Below, one piece after another: positions 18,335 through 27,719 of a stretch of DNA of 46,164 bases; the stretch's first letter is position 1; every line of letters begins with the position of its first letter. Position numbers and translations under genes: made by a program. The DNA comes from Fibrobacteria bacterium (GTDB lineage: Bacteria > Fibrobacterota > Fibrobacteria > UBA11236), in assembly GCA_043750055.1 (NCBI GenBank), contig JAYVCH010000264.1:1-46164 (forward strand), given 5' to 3'. Under the pieces are notes generated by a model that was not told the DNA's origin, ran no database searches, and saw nothing but the letters and a program-made list of their open reading frames with translations.

Positions 18335-18949
18335 CTACTTCAAGTTTGCGCGTTCACTCTCGGGAACGTCGCTAATGGTGGCGCGCTGACTTCGCTGTAA
18401 GGCACGAATATAGGCAACAATGGCCCATCGATCCTCTTCCGGAATTTGTTTTCCGTAAGAAGGCATATTTCGTACTCCATACGAAATGGTATGGAAGATT
18501 TGACCCTCCGCCATATTGAGGATCCTTTCATCATGAAAATTCGGAGGAGTAAGAAAACCCCTTTTTACCACAATTCCATCCCCATTTCCGGTTTGTCCAT
18601 GACAAGGCGTGCAATAGATTGTGAACCGATCGTGACCGCGTTCCATCAACATCGCAGAAACTTTAAGCGGGTTTGTGGAGACATAATGCGCGGTATCTGC
18701 CCCACCTCTATAAAAGGCATCATCTTCCTTGAGTAATCCAACCGCAACGGTTCCTTCCGGAGGAGATTGCATGTTACGTCCATCAGGATAAAATTGGTTT
18801 TTACCATAGGGCAGCCACTTCGGCTGAAATTCCATCCCGTGTTTAATCCAAATGGGAGTCTTTTGCGAAGTTTGTCCACGGCATCCCATAAGCATTAAAA
18901 GTAGCCCGAGAGCTGCGAGGACTAAAAGGGTTCTGATTTTGGATTTCAA
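18335..18949 (-). CDS. actE: Alternative complex III subunit ActE, monoheme cytochrome c lipoprotein
   Basis: It has a single CTPCHG heme motif and an LLLMLMGC lipobox. TTG 18949 is preceded by GGAGG (18959-18963 on the complement) and follows the actD stop at 18954. The ORF-track start at 19015 overlaps actD. Confidence 0.75.
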   Translation of the reverse strand: MKSKIRTLLVLAALGLLLMLMGCRGQTSQKTPIWIKHGMEFQPKWLPYGKNQFYPDGRNMQSPPEGTVAVGLLKEDDAFYRGGADTAHYVSTNPLKVSAMLMERGHDRFTIYCTPCHGQTGNGDGIVVKRGFLTPPNFHDERILNMAEGQIFHTISYGVRNMPSYGKQIPEEDRWAIVAYIRALQRSQRATISDVPESERANLK

Positions 18950-18953
18950 GGGT

Positions 18954-19508
18954 TCAATCCTCCAACACTTCAATACTGCGCCCACCGATATCTTCAAGCA
19001 ACTTGCGAGTCTCAATTAGATTGAAACGCGAGTCCTTGGCCTCAATACTGATAAAAAAGCTATTGTCAGAAAAGCGATGAAAATTTTTGCTCTTAAATAG
19101 GGCATGATAAAGTCGAGGTAATCCATTCAACACTAGCATACCGATTAAGCAACCCCAGGCAGTAAACAGAATGCCTGGTTCAAATGTCACTGGAACAAAT
19201 GCTGGGTACGGGTTCATTGCTTTACCGCCGATCAATACGGGTTGGGCATAAACATTGATCCAATATTGCAAACCAAAGCCGCCGAATACGCCAGCCATCG
19301 CCATGAAAAGTGCTATCCACCCCATGCGCGAATCACCAATACCCATGGCTCCGTCGATGCCGTGAATGGGATAGGGAGAGTGAACATCCCAACGTTTGTA
19401 TCCCTTGTCACGCACTTTTTCTGCAGCATGGTAAACATCGGCTGGGCTTGAGAACTCAGCTAGAATTCCGAAAATTTTTGGTTTGACGTCGGAGATGGTC
19501 TTTTCCAT
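18954..19508 (-). CDS. actD: Alternative complex III subunit ActD (DUF3341-type membrane protein)
   Basis: It has ILAEFSSPADVYHAAEKVRDKGYKRWDVHSPYPIHG, typical of ActD/DUF3341, followed by TM helices. It is in the canonical operon position. Confidence 0.7.
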   Translation of the reverse strand: MEKTISDVKPKIFGILAEFSSPADVYHAAEKVRDKGYKRWDVHSPYPIHGIDGAMGIGDSRMGWIALFMAMAGVFGGFGLQYWINVYAQPVLIGGKAMNPYPAFVPVTFEPGILFTAWGCLIGMLVLNGLPRLYHALFKSKNFHRFSDNSFFISIEAKDSRFNLIETRKLLEDIGGRSIEVLED

Positions 19509-19511
19509 TTC

Positions 19512-20936
19512 TCAATGTCCTCTGGGTTTTTCGCCCACGGATGCCATTGATCCTGGGGGAGAGGTATGTCCGTCGCCGAAATGCGGGCTGGCTTCAGGCA
19601 TTACACCCTTCACCTCCGCGATTGCCAACTGCGGCAGGAATTTCAAAAAAAGGAGAAAGAAGGTTCCAAATAAGCCAAAGGTTCCAATATAGGTCCAGAT
19701 ATCAACCCAGGTTGGCCTGTAATAACCCCAAGATGAGGGCAAGAAGTCGGCATGTAGGGTGATGACGATCACGAAACGTTCGAACCACATACCAATGTTA
19801 ATGACAATGGTAATGATAAACATGATAGGAATACTGAAGCGAATCTTTCTGAACCAAAAAAGTTGGGGTGCGATAACGTTACAAGAGACCATGATGGCAT
19901 AGGCCCACCAATACTGGCCAAAAGCGCGATTCCAAAAAGCAAACCGTTCGTAAATATTGCCGCTGTACCAGGCAATGAAGACTTCCATCGCATAGGCATA
20001 TCCCACTAAGGATCCGGTGAGAAGCATGAATTTGTTCATGTTGTCCAAATGGTGCATGCGAACAACTTTTTGAAGTCCAAAGACCTGTCTTGCAACAATA
20101 AGCAAAGTCTCGACCAGTGCAAAACCAGAAAACACGGCGCCGGCAACAAAGTAAGGAGGGAAAATAGTGGTATGCCATCCAGGAACCTTGGAAACGGCAA
20201 AATCAAAAGACACGATAGAATGGACAGACAAGACTAGTGGCGTGGAAATTGCCGCAAGAATCAAATAGGCACGCTCATAATTCTGCCAATGGCGGGCAGA
20301 ACCACGCCAACCTAAGGCAAAAATCGCTAAAACAAATTTTCGAACCTTTGTAGTTGCCCGATCACGAAAGGTGGCGAGATCAGGAATTAATCCCATATAC
20401 CAGAACAACACCGAAACCGTGAAATAAGTGCTAACCGCAAACACATCCCAGAGTAATGGGCTCCGAAAGTTTGGCCACACTGCCATTTGATTTGGGATTG
20501 GGAAGACATAATACATGACCCAAATTCGTCCAACGTGAATGACAGGAAAAATACCGGCGCACATCACGGCGAAAATTGTCATCGCTTCGGAGAAGCGATT
20601 GATTGCCGTTCGCCAACGTTGACGGAACAAGAATAGAATCGCTGAAATCAATGTACCTGCATGGCCAATACCAATCCACCAAACGAAATTAACAATGGCC
20701 CAACCCCAACCTACTGGAATGTTGACGCCCCAAACCCCAGTACCTTGCCAGAACAGGTAACCAATGAGACCTATCATCAAGGAGAGCAATGACAAGCTCA
20801 TTAGGAACATGATCACCCAAATACCGTTCGGCTTGGTTTCAGCGGGAGAGCTGATTATTTCCGTGACCTCGTGGAAGTCACCGGTTTCAACCAGAACCGG
20901 TCTACGTGTGGGATCGTTATCGTCGTGTAAATTCAT
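19512..20936 (-). CDS. actC: Alternative complex III subunit ActC (NrfD/PsrC-family quinol-interacting membrane subunit)
   Basis: The ORF is 474 aa and polytopic, with about 10 TM helices. It directly follows actB. Confidence 0.85.
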   Translation of the reverse strand: MNLHDDNDPTRRPVLVETGDFHEVTEIISSPAETKPNGIWVIMFLMSLSLLSLMIGLIGYLFWQGTGVWGVNIPVGWGWAIVNFVWWIGIGHAGTLISAILFLFRQRWRTAINRFSEAMTIFAVMCAGIFPVIHVGRIWVMYYVFPIPNQMAVWPNFRSPLLWDVFAVSTYFTVSVLFWYMGLIPDLATFRDRATTKVRKFVLAIFALGWRGSARHWQNYERAYLILAAISTPLVLSVHSIVSFDFAVSKVPGWHTTIFPPYFVAGAVFSGFALVETLLIVARQVFGLQKVVRMHHLDNMNKFMLLTGSLVGYAYAMEVFIAWYSGNIYERFAFWNRAFGQYWWAYAIMVSCNVIAPQLFWFRKIRFSIPIMFIITIVINIGMWFERFVIVITLHADFLPSSWGYYRPTWVDIWTYIGTFGLFGTFFLLFLKFLPQLAIAEVKGVMPEASPHFGDGHTSPPGSMASVGEKPRGH

Positions 20937-20974
20937 GCAGTTCCTTGCCTTTTCCCTCTACCTTGCCTAGGTCC

Positions 20975-23900
20975 TTACGCCTGGATTTTCTCGATGGCCT
21001 TATTGGGATTCCGGACTCGTCCGAGATAGCTGGTCCGGGGCTTTGTATTGATATCCCGCAATACACCATAATTACGTGGATGCGCTTTCAGCTTTGCGAC
21101 TCGACTTTCTGAATCGTTGATATTGCCAAAAACAATGGCATCGGTTGGACAAGCCTGGGCACAAGCAGGGGTCACGCCGCCATCTGGAATTGTTTCCTGG
21201 CCCTTGTTCTTGTACTGAATCCGCGACCGATTAATTCTCTGAACGCAATAGGTACATTTTTCCATAACACCACGGAAGCGAACCGTAACATCAGGATTCT
21301 TTTGCATGGAAAGCGTCGTGTTCTTCCACTGTGACGTGTAATTGAAAAAGTTGAAACGACGTACTTTATAGGGGCAATTGTTTGAGCAATATCGTGTTCC
21401 GATACAACGATTGTAAGCCATGTCGTTAAGCCCCTCATGCGAATGTGAGGTCGCTGCAACGGGGCAAACCTCCTCACAAGGCGCATTTTCACACTGTTGG
21501 CAGGCCATAATCTGAAAAACAACTTCCGGGTTATCGATGGACCCGGTGAAATAACGGTCCAATCGGATCCAGTGCATTTCACGACCGCGAAGGACTTGTT
21601 CTTTTCCTACCACGGGAACATTATTTTCGGCTGTGCAAGCGATTAAACAAGTATTGCAACCGGTACAGCTGTTAAAATCAATAACCATTCCCCACTGCAT
21701 CCCTTTAGAGAAATCGTAAGTCCCGCGATCACCACCGGCGCTGGCAGGTCCTTCTGTCCAAAGGGATTTTTCAGGCGGATGTTCATTCCATTTTTCTTCG
21801 GAGAAAGCCTCGGTTTTATTTTCTTCGTAACCTTCAAGACTGGATTCACGAGCGATTGGTCGGTTTTCCATTGACCAATGATCCTGCGTGCAGGCAACTT
21901 CGTACAGTCCACCTGTTGCTTCGATTCTGACATCGCTGCCTAAGAAAGGAGATACAGAATTCATGATTGAGAAAGCATCAAATCCAGTTCCGGTTCCAAC
22001 TTTTCCAGTTCGACGCCGACCGTATCCGAAATGAAAAAGAATGGTCTCATCCGCCAAACCAGGTAAAATCCAAGCAACGGCGTCAATACTTTTTCCATTT
22101 ACGGAAACTTTGACCATTGGGCGATTTCGGTATTCACCCATACTCGTCCCGGTCTTATCCTTATTGAAAATCTGATTGGAAACGCCAATTTTTTCAGCCA
22201 ATTTTGGACTGATATAGATTGCATTGTCCCATGTTAATTTTGTAATGGGATCAGGCAATTCCTGCAGCCACGCATTGTTAGCGAAGCGTCCGTCATACAA
22301 ATTGGGATGCGCCTTAAATTGAATTTCGAGGGTCCCATTTTTTTGAGACTTTGCCATTTCAAGATAAGTATGAGCCGTTTTTGCAATTCCATCTTTAACC
22401 ATGCTAGGTTGAACTTTAGCATAGGCTGTTTTTTCAATAACGCCTTCGTGAAGCCAGCGACGCCAAACATGTTCGAAGTCTACACTATTGGATCGTTTCC
22501 GCCAGTATTCTTTAACTATTTCATGGTTATTTCGCTGGGGTAAACCAGCAATGCCTGCCAGAATCTCTGAAGTGCCCTGAGTGTTATACAGAGGCGCAAT
22601 TAAGGGCTGTCCAATCGATGCAGCCCCATCATAGGCTAATCCATCGCCCCACTCTTCCAAGAAGTGATTTAGTGGCAAATGCCAATGAGCTAAAGTCGCC
22701 GTTTCATCAATTTCCATTCCAGCATGAATGACATGTTTGACCTTACCCAACTTGGTGGCAAACTCCAAATCTGCCGGAGTTCCAAAAGCGGGATTTGAAT
22801 CGAGAATCACGAGAGTCTCAACCTTGCCAGCCGCCATTTCTGAAGCCAACTCTGCAATTGAGGCATAGGATCCGACCGTCTCGCCGTTTAATGCTATGGC
22901 AGCCGAAGGACGATAGTCCAGTGTTGTGCCAAGACTACCCAGTGCAATATTGACAGCATACCCTAGAGCGTGCGCTAAAGCGGGCTGATATTTTCCAATA
23001 ATAACAAGGGATGTTCCCTTATTTGCTGCAAGATCTTTGGCCACCTCCGAGATCCAAGCAGGATTTACCATAGCTGCAGAAGCATCAGCAGGTAGTGCCG
23101 AAATATCGGCAGTCCAATCACCAAACGAAATGCCTTGCGCTATCAATTCTTTTGCAATTAAAACTAGAACTGGAACAATCTGACTTGGTTTTACTCGTAA
23201 CCGATGATCCGCGGTTCCACCCGTAGGTGAAAATTGCGACTCAACAACGTAGAGACGGCTCATTCCTTCTAAACCTAAATCTGGATTCCTGGTTTTTACA
23301 AATGCCTTCGCATTGACCAAGTGATTTGATTCCGATTCCAAGAAATCTGCATCAATGGAAAGTACACGTTTGACTTTGCTTAAATTGTAATGAGGATCCA
23401 ATGAAGCACCCGTCATAGCCATGATACCTTGTGCCTGGTTATCACGGTTCACTGATTCGTAGGTGGTCCATTTGGCCTTTGGATAAGCTTTCAAAACAGC
23501 TGCTTTGCCATCTGCCGTCGATGGGGAGGCTATAAAACCACTGAGGAAACGAAGTCCCTCTCCCCCATTTTGTTTGTATGTCGCCAAAACTGCATCCATC
23601 TCGGACCAAAAGGCTGTCCAGTCCGAGGCTTCATTTCCTTTCAAAACTGTCTGGCTTCGGTCGGGATCATATAATCCTAACACCGAAGCTTGATTGTATC
23701 GGCTTGAACCACCCAAACTCGAAGGATGCTTAGGATTGCCTTCAACCTTGGTTGGACGACCTTCATGGCTTTCAACCAATAAACCAACAGCTTCGCCACT
23801 AACCGACATCGTCGTTGCGTAAAATTGTGGCACACCAGGAATGAGACTTTCAGGCATTTTATTGTAAGGGAGAATATTTTGGACGGGACGACGAATAACT

Positions 23901-24106
23901 TGGCAACCGGAAACGCCTGCCAAGGCCATACCAGCGCCCATGACCTGTAGGAACTTGCGACGAGAAACTCCGCTTCCCATTTCGGATGCGCCTTCAGGGA
24001 ATTCTCTATGCAAGAAATCCTGAAACTCCGGAGCCTCGCCTAATTCATCCAGGCTCTTCCAATACTTTTTTCGGGTATCTTTAGGGTCTAGGTTTAGCGA
24101 TGACAT
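20975..24106 (-). CDS. actB: Alternative complex III subunit ActB (molybdopterin-oxidoreductase-like domain fused to a 4Fe-4S ferredoxin domain, Tat-exported)
   Basis: The twin-arginine signal is SRRKFLQVMGAGMALAG. The large N-terminal domain resembles a complex iron-sulfur molybdoenzyme. The C-terminal Cys clusters are CTGCNTCLIAC, CQQCENAPCEEVCP, CIGTRYCSNNCP and CAQACP. I prefer ATG 24106 over TTG 24115. Confidence 0.9.
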   Translation of the reverse strand: MSSLNLDPKDTRKKYWKSLDELGEAPEFQDFLHREFPEGASEMGSGVSRRKFLQVMGAGMALAGVSGCQVIRRPVQNILPYNKMPESLIPGVPQFYATTMSVSGEAVGLLVESHEGRPTKVEGNPKHPSSLGGSSRYNQASVLGLYDPDRSQTVLKGNEASDWTAFWSEMDAVLATYKQNGGEGLRFLSGFIASPSTADGKAAVLKAYPKAKWTTYESVNRDNQAQGIMAMTGASLDPHYNLSKVKRVLSIDADFLESESNHLVNAKAFVKTRNPDLGLEGMSRLYVVESQFSPTGGTADHRLRVKPSQIVPVLVLIAKELIAQGISFGDWTADISALPADASAAMVNPAWISEVAKDLAANKGTSLVIIGKYQPALAHALGYAVNIALGSLGTTLDYRPSAAIALNGETVGSYASIAELASEMAAGKVETLVILDSNPAFGTPADLEFATKLGKVKHVIHAGMEIDETATLAHWHLPLNHFLEEWGDGLAYDGAASIGQPLIAPLYNTQGTSEILAGIAGLPQRNNHEIVKEYWRKRSNSVDFEHVWRRWLHEGVIEKTAYAKVQPSMVKDGIAKTAHTYLEMAKSQKNGTLEIQFKAHPNLYDGRFANNAWLQELPDPITKLTWDNAIYISPKLAEKIGVSNQIFNKDKTGTSMGEYRNRPMVKVSVNGKSIDAVAWILPGLADETILFHFGYGRRRTGKVGTGTGFDAFSIMNSVSPFLGSDVRIEATGGLYEVACTQDHWSMENRPIARESSLEGYEENKTEAFSEEKWNEHPPEKSLWTEGPASAGGDRGTYDFSKGMQWGMVIDFNSCTGCNTCLIACTAENNVPVVGKEQVLRGREMHWIRLDRYFTGSIDNPEVVFQIMACQQCENAPCEEVCPVAATSHSHEGLNDMAYNRCIGTRYCSNNCPYKVRRFNFFNYTSQWKNTTLSMQKNPDVTVRFRGVMEKCTYCVQRINRSRIQYKNKGQETIPDGGVTPACAQACPTDAIVFGNINDSESRVAKLKAHPRNYGVLRDINTKPRTSYLGRVRNPNKAIEKIQA

Positions 24107-24735
24107 GTTGAACAATCCGTTCTGGTATTGACGTGGTACATTTCCATGAACTTGCGTCCATTCTCCACCGGATCCCCATCGGGATGCCAGGCCAAATTGG
24201 TTATCAGCTTCCGGTCACGAATATTCTTAGCGGGATTCTGGTGGCATTCCATACACCAAGACATACTAAGGGGGGCGAATTCTCGGACTACATCCATTTG
24301 GTCTATCCGTCCATGACAAACAACGCAACTGACACCCTTATTCACGTGAGCGCTATGATTGAAATAAGCGAACTCAGGAAGCTTATGTATTCGAACCCAT
24401 TGAATGGGGACGCCACTGGAAAATGCTTCCCGAACTTTGAGAATTTCCGGAGAAGTAGTTTTGATAAGCGAATGGCAATTCATGCAGACTTCCGTGGGGG
24501 GGACTCCCGCAAACTGACCTCGCTCTACATTGAAGTGACAATATCGACAATCGATCCCAAGTTCACCTGCGTGTAGCTTATGACTATAGTGAATAGGTTG
24601 TTCTGGCATGTATCCAACATTCAGGTGTTTGGCTGAAAACCAATACCAGAATACGAAAACCAGAGTACATAGAAGTCCGAAGGTCGAGATCACGGCAATG
24701 GCCGGGATCTTGTTAGTCCACTTAGGGAATACCAT
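24094..24735 (-). CDS. actA: Alternative complex III subunit ActA, pentaheme cytochrome c
   Basis: It has five CxxCH motifs (CRYCH, CMNCH, CVVCH, CMECH, CSTCH) after one N-terminal TM helix. A GGAGAG RBS lies 7 nt upstream of the ATG. Confidence 0.85.
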   Translation of the reverse strand: MVFPKWTNKIPAIAVISTFGLLCTLVFVFWYWFSAKHLNVGYMPEQPIHYSHKLHAGELGIDCRYCHFNVERGQFAGVPPTEVCMNCHSLIKTTSPEILKVREAFSSGVPIQWVRIHKLPEFAYFNHSAHVNKGVSCVVCHGRIDQMDVVREFAPLSMSWCMECHQNPAKNIRDRKLITNLAWHPDGDPVENGRKFMEMYHVNTRTDCSTCHR

Positions 24736-24811
24736 TAAGTAGCTCTCCGTCGAAAAATTGGAGCGAGATGAAGTTCCTGATTTTGTCCGACTGTTTCATC
24801 AACGGCGGAAA

Positions 24812-24840
24812 AAGATAGCACCAGGAAAATTGAATTGCAA
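24812..24840 (-). promoter_or_regulatory. Candidate sigma-70 promoter of the ACIII-oxidase operon
   Basis: The minus strand reads TTGCAA-N17-TGcTATCTT, a -35 element plus an extended -10. It lies about 75 nt upstream of the actA ATG. This is a sequence match only. Confidence 0.35.
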
Positions 24841-24942
24841 TATACCACGTCAGATTTTTATTGGTTTTTTAGATTTTCACAAACGTCAATTTAAAGTCAA
24901 AAGAGAATCGGTAGAAGTTGAGCCGTTGATAAACTCCACATT

Positions 24943-24981
24943 GGACTGTGCCAATTTTGCATATAAAAATTGGCACAGTCC
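24943..24981. repeat. Perfect inverted repeat (16-bp arms, 7-nt spacer)
   Basis: GGACTGTGCCAATTTT-gcatata-AAAATTGGCACAGTCC was read directly from the sequence. It lies in the 412-bp gap between the ctaB stop (25148) and the actA start (24735). Confidence 0.85.
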
Positions 24982-25147
24982 TTATATGGCATTATGTGAT
25001 ACTATGGGTGGTCGAATTCGGAGGCATGGCTAAAGGAGGTATTAACAATCGCTTAGGAGATATAGCCATTTTTCATTGTCAATCTTCATTGACTATGAAA
25101 TAAAACCTTTCGTGGGACCTTTTTACAATTATAAATTGGAAATTCGA

Positions 25148-26062
25148 TCAAACAAAAAGGATAGCTTTGTCCCAAGCCATTATCAAAAGCAATATGGGAA
25201 GGTAAATTAAAGAGGCAAAAAAAAGTGTACGCGCGGAGTCACGAGTGCGACGCATGGACAATTGTACCCCAGCTAACAGAAAAAAACTTCCCCCAATCAA
25301 CGCAGTGGCCAGATACCATGGGCCAGCCAACCTTATTAGGAATGGAAAGGTTGACACTAAGATTAAAATTAAGGTTTGTAAAATGATATGCCGATAGCAA
25401 GCTTCTCCTGTGGGATCCGTTACACTGAGCATTTTAAATCCACCCAACCGATAATCATCCTTGTACATCAAAGCCAATGCGAGAAAATGCGGCAGCTGCC
25501 AGAAAAATAGAATCGCTGCCAAAGCCATTCCACCTGCTCCAAAATTATTTTGAACCGCCGTCCATCCCATCAGAGGGGGCAATGCACCTGGAATAGCGCC
25601 AACCAGGGTATTGAGACTGGAAAGCCTTTTGAGTGGCGTATACACAGCTGCATACAAGATAAGGGTCAAACCACCAAGAATCGAGGTCAAAACATTTGTG
25701 TAAATCCAAAGATATCCCGTTCCGGCCAAGAAGCAGATGAATCCAAAGGTATACGCAGCGCCCAGCCCCACTCTCCCTGTTGGCAAAGGACGAGCTCTAG
25801 TTCTAACCATAAGCTTGTCATAATTTTTTTCCATAGCCTGGTTAAGCGCAAATGCACCGATGGCCAATATCGCCGTTCCGAGCAAACAGTGGCCCATTAA
25901 GGGTAAGTTCAACTCGACCTTGGTTCCCATGTAAAACCCGACAAAAGTGGTGATGAGAATATGGAACACCATTTTTAGTTTCATCATCTCAACAAACGAG
26001 GACACGGTCCCGGATGATGTTGCTTGAGCCTTTACAACCAAGGTTTCGGTTACAGAGTTCAT
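25148..26062 (-). CDS. ctaB: Protoheme IX farnesyltransferase (heme O synthase)
   Basis: The ORF is 304 aa and polytopic, UbiA-type. It has the NQAMEKNYDKLMVRTRARPLPTG and FFWQLPHFLALALMYKDDY motifs. Confidence 0.9.
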   Translation of the reverse strand: MNSVTETLVVKAQATSSGTVSSFVEMMKLKMVFHILITTFVGFYMGTKVELNLPLMGHCLLGTAILAIGAFALNQAMEKNYDKLMVRTRARPLPTGRVGLGAAYTFGFICFLAGTGYLWIYTNVLTSILGGLTLILYAAVYTPLKRLSSLNTLVGAIPGALPPLMGWTAVQNNFGAGGMALAAILFFWQLPHFLALALMYKDDYRLGGFKMLSVTDPTGEACYRHIILQTLILILVSTFPFLIRLAGPWYLATALIGGSFFLLAGVQLSMRRTRDSARTLFFASLIYLPILLLIMAWDKAILFV

Positions 26063-27108
26063 GATAAAACAACGCCCCCATTTTGGAGTTGAGCTGCATC
26101 GTTGTTCGAGTTTGAAATTGGGGATGGGGTCAAAATTTCTTCACTGCCATTCTCATATGTCGATGTTATTAGAAAAATCAAAAACCCAGTTCCAAAGACC
26201 AATGCTCCAATAGACAGGTGGAAGGTTGTTGGGATGGGTGCTTTTCCACTCCAAACGGTGATCATACCTAATAAACACTGAACCAAAAGAGCTATTGCTA
26301 AAAAACTGGCCAGTCCCTTGGTTGTTTGGTCCGATCGCGGAGAAATCAGTACACTGATAATCGTGACCAGTCCTGATAAAACCAGCAGAGGCGCGCCAAT
26401 TCGAGTGTGTAAAAAATGGACAACAATGCCAAAATTCCAAAAGGGCGGAACAATCTGCCCAAATGCCATGGGGAAAGTGGGAATCGCGAGACCCGCATAA
26501 CTATGCCGCATTACCGCGCCCACTAAAATCTGGACAAAAATGAACAAGCAAAATAGTAGACTAAAAATTTGTTCCCGGTGCTTCAATCGGAAATGGTTCG
26601 GGCCAATAGTGGAAAAAGATTTGGAACTAACAAAGGCCATAAAGAGGGTTAGCATAAAAAATAATTCAGCAGTACAAGCATGCGCCACGGACACGACCAT
26701 TGGAAGTTTAAATTTTACCGTCAATCCCCCTAATACTCCTTGAATTATAACTAGTACGATTGCAACAACCCCGGTCCACCTTAGCCAATTGCGTTTATCC
26801 CAAATCCAAAATGCCGCACAATTAATGAGAGTCAGGAGTCCAACCAGACTTGCAAAAAGTCGATGCCCATGTTCATAAAAAATTCCACCCTTCATCATTG
26901 AGGGGGGGAAAAGGAACATGTTTTTTCCAAAAGTTGTGGGCCAGTCTGGAACGGATAATCCGGAGTTAGTACTCGTGACCATTCCGCCAGCAAAAAGCAG
27001 TAAGAATGTAAAGAAAGCCAATGCCACACAATAAAGGTGTTGAGTTGCTCGGTAAGCAGTTGGTGAAGGGTTTTTCATATTGGATTTAAGGCCATGAAAG
27101 TTGGCCAA
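26059..27108 (-). CDS. ctaA: Heme A synthase (COX15/CtaA family)
   Basis: The ORF is polytopic. It has GGMVTSTNSGLSVPDWPT and paired conserved His-containing helices (EHGHR, MRHSY). It overlaps ctaB by 4 nt. An alternative start is ATG 27078. Confidence 0.8.
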   Translation of the reverse strand: MANFHGLKSNMKNPSPTAYRATQHLYCVALAFFTFLLLFAGGMVTSTNSGLSVPDWPTTFGKNMFLFPPSMMKGGIFYEHGHRLFASLVGLLTLINCAAFWIWDKRNWLRWTGVVAIVLVIIQGVLGGLTVKFKLPMVVSVAHACTAELFFMLTLFMAFVSSKSFSTIGPNHFRLKHREQIFSLLFCLFIFVQILVGAVMRHSYAGLAIPTFPMAFGQIVPPFWNFGIVVHFLHTRIGAPLLVLSGLVTIISVLISPRSDQTTKGLASFLAIALLVQCLLGMITVWSGKAPIPTTFHLSIGALVFGTGFLIFLITSTYENGSEEILTPSPISNSNNDAAQLQNGGVVLS

Positions 27109-27167
27109 ATGTATCTAATTAACCGAGGAATGGCTAGCGTTAGAGCCTAGTCTTTATCAGTGTGAAA

Positions 27168-27710
27168 TTAAGGGGTTATGGCGGTTGGAGAGCTAGAAAA
27201 TCCCTTTAAAAAAAGAAAGATCAGGACCCCGGTAATTGAAACGTAAAGCCAAATTGGGAATGTCACTTTGGCTAATTTTCGATGCGTTTCAAATCGACCT
27301 GTCAGAGCAAAAAAGAAGGTACCCAGAACCATCGGTAGGGCCGCCATGGATAGGACAATATGGGTAATAAGAATGGTAAGGTAAACGGCTTTTACCGCCC
27401 CATGTCCTTCAAAATGCGTGTCCCCATGCACGGTGTGATAAAGGATGTAGCATATCAGAAATAGAGTCGAAAAAAGAAATGCGGCCTTTTGACAAAAAGC
27501 ATGTAAGGCCCGATTTCCAACCCTAATCGCTAAGAAGCCTCGAATTAAGAATGCGGTTGTTATTCCGTTTAAACATGCATTAACTGCTGGTAGAAAATAA
27601 AGTGTAGAAGACTCTCCACGTCCATGCCTTAAATAGAGCAACCAAAAGAGAAACCCAATAGCCAAGGTACTGATAAAGGCGTTTATAAGCATAAATAATC
27701 GGCTACTCAT
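27168..27710 (-). CDS. DUF420-family membrane protein (commonly linked to heme A/oxidase genes)
   Basis: It has LPAVNACLNG...HAFCQKAAFLFSTLFLICYILYH...ILITHIVLSMAALPMVL...HRKLAKVTFPIWLYVSITGV, which matches the DUF420 pattern as I recall it. Confidence 0.7.
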   Translation of the reverse strand: MSSRLFMLINAFISTLAIGFLFWLLYLRHGRGESSTLYFLPAVNACLNGITTAFLIRGFLAIRVGNRALHAFCQKAAFLFSTLFLICYILYHTVHGDTHFEGHGAVKAVYLTILITHIVLSMAALPMVLGTFFFALTGRFETHRKLAKVTFPIWLYVSITGVLIFLFLKGFSSSPTAITP

Positions 27711-27719
27711 TGAAATCCT

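Noticed and set aside
24971-24990. TGGCAC in the palindrome arms as a sigma-54 -24 element.
   Set aside because: The required TTGC(A/T) -12 element at N5 spacing is absent on both strands (AGTCC then TTAT or AATG).
24758-25033. A 91-aa plus-strand ORF filling the ctaB-actA intergenic gap.
   Set aside because: It uses a non-ATG start with no RBS. It runs through the candidate actA promoter and the 39-nt palindrome, and its translation is odd (RIRRHG end). The region is more likely regulatory.
25020-25103. GGAGG followed by a 25-codon plus-strand ORF (MAKGGINNRLGDIAIFHCQSSLTMK).
   Set aside because: The RBS-to-ATG spacing is only 1 nt. There is no promoter or terminator, and the ORF points into the 3' end of ctaB.
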